DNA from: Deltaproteobacteria bacterium
Lineage (GTDB): Bacteria > Myxococcota_A > UBA796 > SXON01
Direction: 5' to 3'
Length of the DNA: 64,000 nt
NCBI GenBank assembly: GCA_947484175.1
Contig: CANKOI010000008.1
Span: 2,637-66,636, forward strand
Shown: positions 37,245 to 44,005 of the stretch, piece by piece
Position numbering within the stretch: position 1 is the first letter of the stretch
Layout: the number at the start of each line of letters is the position of its first letter
The notes under the pieces: model-generated
The model's database searches: none
What the model saw: only the letters and a program-made list of their open reading frames with translations
What the model was told of the DNA's origin: nothing
Program-made: the position numbers and the translations under genes

Positions 37245-37820
37245 ATGGCACGTTTGGTCGAGATGGCAGCGGGTGCGGGGCGCGTTGCGCTCACGCCCCA
37301 AATCCTGCTGATGGTCACGAAGGTGTACATCCCCTTCTTGTTCCCGCTCACCTTCCTGATCGCGATGCTGGCGCTCTGGTTGGACGGGGCGCTGGGCTTT
37401 TCCGGCGGGCTCCTTCCTGCGCCCACGAACCTCTGGGTGGCCGCGTTCTTGATGGCGGCGGGGCTCGCGTTCGTCGGGGTCACCTACGCCGAGCTGGTGT
37501 TCGAAGGCAAGGGAAGCCCCTCGCCCACGGCGGGCCGCACCCTCCACCTCGTACGATCGGGCATCTACGCCTACAGTCGCAACCCTTCGGTGATCGGCAA
37601 GCTGCTCGGCTTCCTCTCCGTAGGCGTGGCGCTGAACTCCTTTACCTTCGTGGCGCTCCTCGCTCCGCTGTTGCTCGCTGGTTCGCTGGTCGAGAAGGTG
37701 GTACGGCAGGAGCCACAGCTCATCGAGATTTTCGGCGACGAGTACCTCGCGTACCAGCGCGAGGTCCCGTTGTTCTTCCCTTGGCGACTCTTCGGCCTTC
37801 GCCCCCCTTTCCGCTCGTAG
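37245..37820 (+). CDS. ICMT/PEMT-like membrane methyltransferase family protein
   Basis: 191 aa with 4-5 TM helices. The C-terminal block is LVRSGIYAYSRNPSVIGKLLGF...EPQLIEIFGDEYLAYQREVP, typical of the isoprenylcysteine carboxyl methyltransferase-like family. The start may lie at a downstream Met because only 22 bp separate it from the divergent gene. Confidence 0.75.
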   Translation: MARLVEMAAGAGRVALTPQILLMVTKVYIPFLFPLTFLIAMLALWLDGALGFSGGLLPAPTNLWVAAFLMAAGLAFVGVTYAELVFEGKGSPSPTAGRTLHLVRSGIYAYSRNPSVIGKLLGFLSVGVALNSFTFVALLAPLLLAGSLVEKVVRQEPQLIEIFGDEYLAYQREVPLFFPWRLFGLRPPFRS

Positions 37821-37848
37821 TTCCGTCCCTTTCGCTCCCGGAGCCCCT

Positions 37849-39300
37849 ATGGACATCACTCTCCTCAACCCTCCCGAGCAGCTCCGCGTGTGGGCCGGCA
37901 TTCCCAAGGCCATGGCCTACGGGGTGTACTGCTTTCCGCCGCTCGGCCTGATGTACGTTCAGGCGGCGATCGAAAAACGCTCCCACTACAAGGCGGAGAT
38001 CTTTGATCCGGTCGTCGACGATCTCGACTACCCCGAGTTCGAAGCGCAGCTCAAGCGCTACCCGCTCGACATCGTGGGCATCAGCACCTACACGCACTCG
38101 CTGCCCGACGTGCAGATGACCATCAACACGGTGCGCAAGCTCAACCCGAACGCGAAGATCGTGCTCGGCGGCCCACACACCTCGATGTTTCCCGACTACG
38201 CGATGCAGCTCAAGGATGCCGACGCCATCCTCACGGGCGATGGCGAAGACGCGTTTCTCGAGATGGTACAGCGCTACGACGCCGGCAAGTCCTGGGAGGG
38301 CATCGAGGGCCTCTGGTTCAAGGACAACGACGGCACGGTCATCAAGAACAAGGATCGGAAGAGCACCAAGTCGCTCGACTCCTACCCTTGGCCCGACCGC
38401 AGCCGCACCCGCTTCCGCGAGTACTACCTGCCCGGCTGCAAACAGCCGCTCAACACCACGGCCATCACCAGCCGCGGCTGTCCGCACTCCTGCCCCTTCT
38501 GCCTCACCTACAAGAAGCAGTACCGGATGCGCGACATCGACAACATCCTCGACGAGATGGAGCACTGCGTTTCCCTCGGCATCACCGAGACCCACTTCAT
38601 CGACGACCTGTTCACGCCGAACAGCCAGTGGGCGATGAAGTTCTGCGACGGCATCGAGCGGCGCGGGCTGAAGTTCAACTGGGGCTACAAGACCACGATC
38701 GCCGGTACCACCCGCGAGCAGCTCCGTCGCTGCGCCGAAACGGGCTGCACGAAGATTCACTTCGGCGTGGAGAGCACGAACAACGAAGGCCTCGACGTGT
38801 GGGGCAAACACTGCGACACCGACGACGTGCACCGCGTATTCAAGTGGTGCCGCGAAGAGGGCGTGCGCAGCGTGGCCTACATCATGCTCGGCGGGCCCCA
38901 CGAGCGCACGATGGATGCCGCGATCAAGAACGTCGACGAGATGATCAAGCTCGACGCCGACTACGCGGTGTTCGCGGTCTTCTCGCCCTACCCGGGCACC
39001 GAGAGCTTCGAAGACGGCGCCAAGAAGGGTCTTTTCGCGGCCGACTGCTGGGACCGCCTGATGAAAGACCCGCTCTGCGGCGTGGAAGTACCCGCCTGCT
39101 GGGAGGAGCACCTCACCAAGGAGCAAATCCTTGAGCTCCTGAAGATCGCGCACCGCAAGTTCTACTTGCGGCCTCGTTTCGTGGCGCGCACGGCGGCGAA
39201 GATCGCCAGCGTTTCGGAGGCCAAACGCCTCTTTGCCGGCGGGCTCTCGATCTTCAAGCTGGAATTGCTCAACGGCAAGAGCCGCACCGCACCGGTGTAG
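37849..39300 (+). CDS. B12-binding-domain radical SAM protein (class B rSAM)
   Basis: 483 aa, with a GGAG Shine-Dalgarno 5 nt upstream. It has an N-terminal cobalamin-binding-like domain (DIVGISTYTHS...IVLGGPH). The radical-SAM cluster motif is SRGCPHSCPFC. Confidence 0.9.
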   Translation: MDITLLNPPEQLRVWAGIPKAMAYGVYCFPPLGLMYVQAAIEKRSHYKAEIFDPVVDDLDYPEFEAQLKRYPLDIVGISTYTHSLPDVQMTINTVRKLNPNAKIVLGGPHTSMFPDYAMQLKDADAILTGDGEDAFLEMVQRYDAGKSWEGIEGLWFKDNDGTVIKNKDRKSTKSLDSYPWPDRSRTRFREYYLPGCKQPLNTTAITSRGCPHSCPFCLTYKKQYRMRDIDNILDEMEHCVSLGITETHFIDDLFTPNSQWAMKFCDGIERRGLKFNWGYKTTIAGTTREQLRRCAETGCTKIHFGVESTNNEGLDVWGKHCDTDDVHRVFKWCREEGVRSVAYIMLGGPHERTMDAAIKNVDEMIKLDADYAVFAVFSPYPGTESFEDGAKKGLFAADCWDRLMKDPLCGVEVPACWEEHLTKEQILELLKIAHRKFYLRPRFVARTAAKIASVSEAKRLFAGGLSIFKLELLNGKSRTAPV

Positions 39301-40401
39301 GTGCAGGTGGGCTCGGTCTGGGCAAAACGCGGCGGCCCGGCAACTTCGGTGGGGCCGGGTCGCCTGCGTTTTGCGCTGCGATCGGGCAGCGGGCTCCTCG
39401 TGTTCGCCCTCCTCGCGGCGTGCAGCCCTCACACCGCCGCCGTGGACTCCGGCGACACCGGGCAGAGCGCACACCACACCGGCGACACCGGCACAGCGGG
39501 CGACACCGACAGCGGCGGCGACACCGGCGGGGGGGGCGACACCGACAGCGGCGGCGACACCGACAGCGGCGGCGACACCGACAGCGGCACCGGGCTGGGC
39601 CAGGGCGACTTCATCACCGTTTCGCGGCCCTACGAGGGCGACGCCGCCTGCATCGGCGAGCCCGTGGTTCCCCCGGAGGCGGTGTGTGTGGAAACGCACC
39701 TGCTTGAGGCCCAAATCCTCGACTTCCAGACCGAGGACGAGGTCGCCGACGCGAGCTGGAGCCTGTGGTTCAACGACAACCCTCCCGTCAGCGCCGACGA
39801 TGGGGGAACCGCAAACGCCCGCGGCGTTTTCAAGTCCGAGGCCCCGTCGTGCACCCCCCTTACGATCGGCACCTCCACGCCGGCGGAGTGGGAGGAAACG
39901 GTGCCCACCTACGAACAGCATGTGGTCTGGGGCTGGGAACGGGACGGCGCGATTGAAACGAACGCAGCGGCGGTGTCGTGGAGCACCACGATGATCGTCA
40001 CCTCCGTTTTGGGCACCGAGTGGAAGCCGGGCACCGGCATGGTGATCGGAGCGATCGTCGGCTGCGACAAGGGGCCGTTCGGCCACGCGCAGGTCTACGC
40101 GCACGATGGCGACGGCTGGGCGCCCCCCGACGAACAGGTCTTCTACTTCGACAGCAACCACCTGCCCTCCGAGCGGGAGGCCGACTCCCATCCTGCGAAC
40201 GGCATGTTCCTGATCCTCGATGTTCCGCCGGGCGCGTGGCACCTCAGCGCCTTCGCGTGGGATGGCGCCCTGTTTGAGCTCGGCGGGGCGCCCGTGGCGG
40301 TGCTGGCCGACTCCGTCACGATCGTCACGGTGTACGTGGGCCGCGATGACGGCGCGCACTACCCCGACGTCTGCTTCGCGGCGTGCGACGAGATCAACTG
40401 A
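39301..40401 (+). CDS. Hypothetical lipoprotein with GDT(D/G)SG repeat linker
   Basis: A GTG follows immediately after the rSAM stop. Lipobox: LLVFALLAAC. The repeat tract is HHTGDTGTAGDTDSGGDTGGGGDTDSGGDTDSGGDTDSG. The C-terminal ~270 aa is globular. Confidence 0.75.
   Translation: MQVGSVWAKRGGPATSVGPGRLRFALRSGSGLLVFALLAACSPHTAAVDSGDTGQSAHHTGDTGTAGDTDSGGDTGGGGDTDSGGDTDSGGDTDSGTGLGQGDFITVSRPYEGDAACIGEPVVPPEAVCVETHLLEAQILDFQTEDEVADASWSLWFNDNPPVSADDGGTANARGVFKSEAPSCTPLTIGTSTPAEWEETVPTYEQHVVWGWERDGAIETNAAAVSWSTTMIVTSVLGTEWKPGTGMVIGAIVGCDKGPFGHAQVYAHDGDGWAPPDEQVFYFDSNHLPSEREADSHPANGMFLILDVPPGAWHLSAFAWDGALFELGGAPVAVLADSVTIVTVYVGRDDGAHYPDVCFAACDEIN
39451..39588 (+). repeat. In-frame 18-bp (GDTxSG) tandem repeat tract; three perfect copies of ggcgacaccgacagcggc at 39535-39588
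   Basis: Read directly from the sequence. Imperfect copies begin at 39451. Confidence 0.9.
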
Positions 40402-40440
40402 GGGGGGGCGAGCCGCCCGCCGCCTGCCGGCCGATGTCCC

Positions 40441-40604
40441 CGAACTCGAGGAGACCTCGAGGCCTAGTCGAGTTCGGAGACACATTTCGGCTTCCGGCGT
40501 AAGCGAACTCAGGGAGACCTCGAGGCCTAGTCGAGTTCGGAGACACATTTCGGCCTCCGGCGTAAGCGAACTCAGGGAGACCTCGAGGCCTAGTCGAGTT
40601 CGGA
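40441..40604. repeat. 63-bp intergenic tandem repeat, 2.6 copies, each with an internal hairpin (CGAACTC...GAGTTCG)
   Basis: The copies lie at 40441-40503, 40504-40566 and 40567-40604 (partial). They differ at only 3 positions. Copy 1 has 9-bp arms CGAACTCGA/TCGAGTTCG and an inner CCTCGAGG palindrome. Confidence 0.9.
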
Positions 40605-40698
40605 AACGCGGCGGGGCGCCGTCGGGCCGACCCCTCAACCGAAGGTCAACGTCCTTCGTGGCCCAAGCGCGATGACCCAGGAGTCGTGTAGGTGCGGA

Positions 40699-41238
40699 TC
40701 ATCCTGGCGCCTCAGCACGGGAAACGAGGCCCCGGCGCACGGCCTGCTCGGTTGCTTGTTGGAGGACGTCGGGCGGGAGAGGCGCCGCTGCACAGTCGCG
40801 GAGCGTACGCGCCACGCTCGTGACAGGGACGTTGCCCACCCAGGTGCGATCCTCAGCCGCGAGGTCGGCGTGGTGCAGAACGACGCCATCCGGGACGCGG
40901 AGCCGACGCGCGCGCCACGGCATGGGCAGCGTGAGGTCGGCGAGGTTGGGAAGGATGTCGGAGAGGTCATGCAGCGCAAGCGCAGTCGCGCAGCTGAACA
41001 CGCCTGCTCGTGCAGACCAGAGCCACACCACGACGAGGTCTTCGTCGTCCTGCGAAGGGAGGTGGCGGACACGGTAGATGCCGCGCCTCACGCGGACGAG
41101 CCTGGCTGCGTGCGTGTGGTGGATCAGAAGCTCGGGCGAAAAGCCGAGCGAGCCCGCCTGGGCGGTGGTGAAGTAGCCGGACTGGGAGACCGCAAGGTCG
41201 AGCAGCGACGGCCAGTCGGGAAACGAGGGCGGTGGCAT
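40699..41238 (-). CDS. AbiEi-family (type IV TA) antitoxin-like wHTH protein, no cognate AbiEii toxin adjacent
   Basis: 179 aa. The N-terminal AbiEi-type wHTH is GYFTTAQAGSLGFSPELLIHHTHAARLVRVRRGIYRV. No nucleotidyltransferase ORF lies downstream. Confidence 0.75.
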   Translation of the reverse strand: MPPPSFPDWPSLLDLAVSQSGYFTTAQAGSLGFSPELLIHHTHAARLVRVRRGIYRVRHLPSQDDEDLVVVWLWSARAGVFSCATALALHDLSDILPNLADLTLPMPWRARRLRVPDGVVLHHADLAAEDRTWVGNVPVTSVARTLRDCAAAPLPPDVLQQATEQAVRRGLVSRAEAPG

Positions 41239-41255
41239 GTCGAGGGCCTCCCAGC

Positions 41256-41278
41256 AAACCTAAGCCACGCTTAGGTTT
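41256..41278. promoter_or_regulatory. Perfect 10-bp inverted repeat AAACCTAAGC-cac-GCTTAGGTTT upstream of the AbiEi-like gene (candidate operator and/or terminator of the upstream gene)
   Basis: Read directly from the sequence. It lies 18 nt upstream of the abiEi-like ATG and 37 nt downstream of the DTW-PUS stop. The patch is locally AT-rich. Confidence 0.5.
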
Positions 41279-41314
41279 TGTGCAACGGGGCGCGCAGGCC
41301 CCTCGCACTCCGGC

Positions 41315-42616
41315 CTACCCCCCCGCGTCGATCCCCAGCTGCGTAAGCAGCCCGGCAAACGCCGCGTCGAGCGGCGCCTGCACGCGAAGGGGAGCGCCGG
41401 TCCGAGGGTGCGCGAACGCCATCTCGCGGCAATGCAGGGCGAGGCGCCCAAAGCCGTACACCTCGCGGAAGTGGCGGTTGTGTTCCCCCTTGCCGTAGCG
41501 CACGTCGCCGATGATGGGGTGGCTGGCGTGTTTGAGGTGGCGGCGGATTTGGTGCGTCCGCCCGGTGAGGGGCCGGGCCTCAAAAAGGCCGTAACGGCCA
41601 TGCTCCCCGAGCAGGCGGAACTCGGTCAGCGCGGGCTTCCGCTCGGCGCCGGCTTCGCTCGCGAGGGGGTGATCCACGCACGTGAGCGCGGCGTCGTGGC
41701 CGCGGCAGAGCGCGAGGTAGCGCTTCTCCACCGTTCGGCCGGCGAACTGTTCGTGCAGGCGGGCGGCCATCGTGGAGGAGCGTGCGAAGAGCAACACTCC
41801 GCTGGTGGCCCGATCGAGGCGGTGCGCCGCGTGAAGCCGCTGTCCCAGCTGATCACGGAGTTGCTGCAACACGGGCAGCGCGTCGTCGCCCCACCCGCGG
41901 TGCACGAGCGACCCGGCGGGCTTGTTGATCACCACGATGTCGTCGTCAACGTAGAGCACCTCCAGCGGCGGACGGGGCGGCAGCGCCTCGGCGCTCGGCG
42001 AGGCGGGCGCGGGGAGTGTGGGCGGCTTCCCGCGCATCTCCCACGTTTCTTTCACCATCGTGCGGAAGGCCGGCATCAGCGCCCCCTCCACGTCCACGCC
42101 CTCCACCAGCGTGAGCGCGCGCACGATCGCCTCGAAGGTGGAGAGCCCCCCCTCCTTCCGCTCCACCCGGATGCCCCACTCCGTCGGCGGCCCCTCGGGC
42201 AGCGTCACCCGCTCCGCCCGCTCCACCCCCGGCAGCCGCCGCGCCGCCCGCCGCGCCTGCCCCCAACTCCCGTCGGGCACGATCAGCGTGACCGGGCGCG
42301 GATCGCCGTCGGCCATCACCGCGTCGAGCGGCCGCGCGTCGTCGGCGGGGAAGAGCAGAAGTACGCGACGGCCCGCGTCAAACAGCGGGGCAAGGTCTAC
42401 GCGGTCGTCGCGCAGGCCGTGAATGTGCAGCTCGCTGTTGGGCAGGCACTCCATCGCGAGGGGGCCACTGGCGCTGGGGCGGCCGTGCTCGCTGGTATGC
42501 ATCACCAGCACGAGCCGGGTGCGCAGCTCCAAACGCGGCAGCATCGTGCACAGGCAGCGTTCGAGGTGCACCCGACACCGGGGACAGCGGGCGACAAGAC
42601 TTCGGGAGCGTCCCAC
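41315..42616 (-). CDS. Fusion protein: DTW-domain tRNA aminocarboxypropyltransferase-like N-terminus plus RluA/TruC-family pseudouridine synthase C-terminus
   Basis: The DTW half has RCPRCRVHLERCLC (the same C-x2-C-x6-C-x-C spacing as E. coli YfiP/TapT) and LIVPDGSWGQARR (DTW motif). A Pro-rich linker follows. The PUS half has VINKPAGSLVH, HRLDRATSGVLLFA and GRTHQIRRHL. The GTG start at 42616 is inferred; the ORF is open to 42808. Confidence 0.85.
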   Translation of the reverse strand: MGRSRSLVARCPRCRVHLERCLCTMLPRLELRTRLVLVMHTSEHGRPSASGPLAMECLPNSELHIHGLRDDRVDLAPLFDAGRRVLLLFPADDARPLDAVMADGDPRPVTLIVPDGSWGQARRAARRLPGVERAERVTLPEGPPTEWGIRVERKEGGLSTFEAIVRALTLVEGVDVEGALMPAFRTMVKETWEMRGKPPTLPAPASPSAEALPPRPPLEVLYVDDDIVVINKPAGSLVHRGWGDDALPVLQQLRDQLGQRLHAAHRLDRATSGVLLFARSSTMAARLHEQFAGRTVEKRYLALCRGHDAALTCVDHPLASEAGAERKPALTEFRLLGEHGRYGLFEARPLTGRTHQIRRHLKHASHPIIGDVRYGKGEHNRHFREVYGFGRLALHCREMAFAHPRTGAPLRVQAPLDAAFAGLLTQLGIDAGG

Positions 42617-42650
42617 GCGGGCCGCATAGCCCGCCGCGCGGGCGGGGCGC

Positions 42651-43616
42651 CTACGAGGCCACGGCCTCGTGCCCCGCCCGCTCCCAAGCGGCGAACGTGA
42701 GCTGCAGTTCGTAGCGCCGGGCGCGCAAGCGGCCGAGCGCGGACAGCTCCTCGCGAAGGGCGCGGCTGCCCAGCACGCGCTGGATCGCGGCGCGCAGCGC
42801 CGCTGCATCTCCGGGCGGCACGAGCAGGGCCGCGCCGCCGACCACGTCGCGGAGCCCGGGAACGTCGGAGGCGATCACGGGCGTGCCCGCCGCGAGGCCC
42901 TCCAGCGCCACGAGCCCAAAGCCTTCCCACCGCGAGGGCACCACGAGCGCATCGGCCGCTGCGAACAGGTCGGGGAGGTCGTCGCGGGTGCCGAGCCAGG
43001 CCACGCCCGGCGTGGGGGGCGCGAAGGGGCCCTCGCCGACCACGCGCAGCGGAGTGTCGGGCGGCAAGGCCGCAAGCAGCACGTCGAAGCCCTTTTGGGG
43101 CACCCGCCGCCCCACGGCGAGGAGCCCCCCGCCGCCTCGCCAAGGGGCCGCGTACCGAGCGAGGTCCACGCCGTTCGGCACCACCTCGATGCGACGGGCG
43201 AAGCTGTGGCGAGCCGCGGCTTCGCTCACCGCGAGCGTGCGTGCGGGCATCCACGCCGACAGGCGCCGCGCCGCTCGCACGTGCTGCGACTCGTCTACGT
43301 CCACGTTGTGTTCGTGCGACACCACGGGACGGCCGGCGAGGCGCGCGGCCATGCCCCCCCAGAGGTCACCGGCGAACAGGTGGGTGTGCACGACATCGGC
43401 GGCGCGCGCGGCCGCGATCAGGCGGGCGAAAGCGAGGAGGCTCGGCCGCCCGTTCCGCCGCTCGCCGAGCACCACCCCCTCCCCGAACTCCGCCGCGAGG
43501 GGTCCGCCACCGAAAACCGTGGCCACCGTCACCTCCGGGCACAGCCGCGAGTGGGCCAGCACAAGGCGCTCGGCGCCGCCACCGGAGAGGTCGGGGAGCA
43601 CGTGGAGGCGCCGCAC
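42651..43616 (-). CDS. GT4-family (GT-B) glycosyltransferase
   Basis: The start is chosen at GTG 43616 (VRRLHVLPDLSGGGAERLV, a typical GT4 N-terminus). The C-terminal block is PSRWEGFGLVALEGLAAGTPVIASDVPG. The ORF is open further upstream to 43970. Confidence 0.85.
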   Translation of the reverse strand: MRRLHVLPDLSGGGAERLVLAHSRLCPEVTVATVFGGGPLAAEFGEGVVLGERRNGRPSLLAFARLIAAARAADVVHTHLFAGDLWGGMAARLAGRPVVSHEHNVDVDESQHVRAARRLSAWMPARTLAVSEAAARHSFARRIEVVPNGVDLARYAAPWRGGGGLLAVGRRVPQKGFDVLLAALPPDTPLRVVGEGPFAPPTPGVAWLGTRDDLPDLFAAADALVVPSRWEGFGLVALEGLAAGTPVIASDVPGLRDVVGGAALLVPPGDAAALRAAIQRVLGSRALREELSALGRLRARRYELQLTFAAWERAGHEAVAS

Positions 43617-43634
43617 CCCCCCCCCTATCGCCGC

Positions 43635-43650
43635 TGGCACGGGCCTTGCT
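43635..43650 (+). promoter_or_regulatory. Sigma-54 (-24/-12) promoter, TGGCACGGGCCTTGCT
   Basis: This is an exact match to the TGGCACG-N4-TTGCW consensus, including the GG/GC spacing. It lies 51 nt upstream of the ATG of a small ORF. A sigma-54 activator is encoded in the same window. Confidence 0.65.
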
Positions 43651-43700
43651 CCACAGGGGAGTGCTGCTGCTCCTCCCCGCTGCGCTCTCTGGAGATTCTC

Positions 43701-43844
43701 ATGGCCCGTTCCCTCAACGTCAAACATCACGAAACGCCCGGCACTTCGCCGCTCATGAACGCCTTCCTCGCCCTCGCCCTTGGCTGGATGGTTCTGGGCG
43801 CGTTCTTCGCGAACCTCGCCGAAACGACGATCGTCACCCCGTAG
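43701..43844 (+). CDS. Small (47 aa) single-TM hypothetical protein
   Basis: Product: MARSLNVKHHETPGTSPLMNAFLALALGWMVLGAFFANLAETTIVTP. A GGAG lies 6 nt upstream of the ATG. Third codon positions are G/C-rich. A sigma-54 promoter precedes it. It was not listed as a separate ORF because it is the tail of spurious ORF 42669..43844. Confidence 0.5.
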   Translation: MARSLNVKHHETPGTSPLMNAFLALALGWMVLGAFFANLAETTIVTP

Positions 43845-44005
43845 CCGGGGATGGCGATCTGCGGTTCGTTGCGGCCACGCGACGATTCGTAGATTTGCTT
43901 CGGCGACGACGGCCCGCGGCCGGCCTCGCGCCGGCGCGCCCGGTCTTGCCCCAAACTCCGACGCGCGCATCGCCCGGTTAGGCCCGCCGTTCTGCGAGAA
44001 CGCCG

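Noticed and set aside
40441-40604. Possible miniature CRISPR array (regularly spaced palindromic repeats).
   Set aside because: The segments between the hairpins are themselves identical between copies, so there are no unique spacers. No cas genes are in the window. It is a simple tandem repeat.
40402-40638. An ATG at 40638 on the minus strand, 60 nt downstream of the AbiEi-like gene, opens an ORF through the repeats. It could be the missing toxin.
   Set aside because: The ORF continues for over 900 codons antisense to the lipoprotein and rSAM genes, with junk-like sequence. It has no nucleotidyltransferase (AbiEii) motifs.
43755-43844. The small ORF might be KdpF. Its second Met gives a 29-aa hydrophobic peptide.
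   Set aside because: No kdpABC follows (the next gene is hisS), and the sequence does not resemble KdpF peptides I know.
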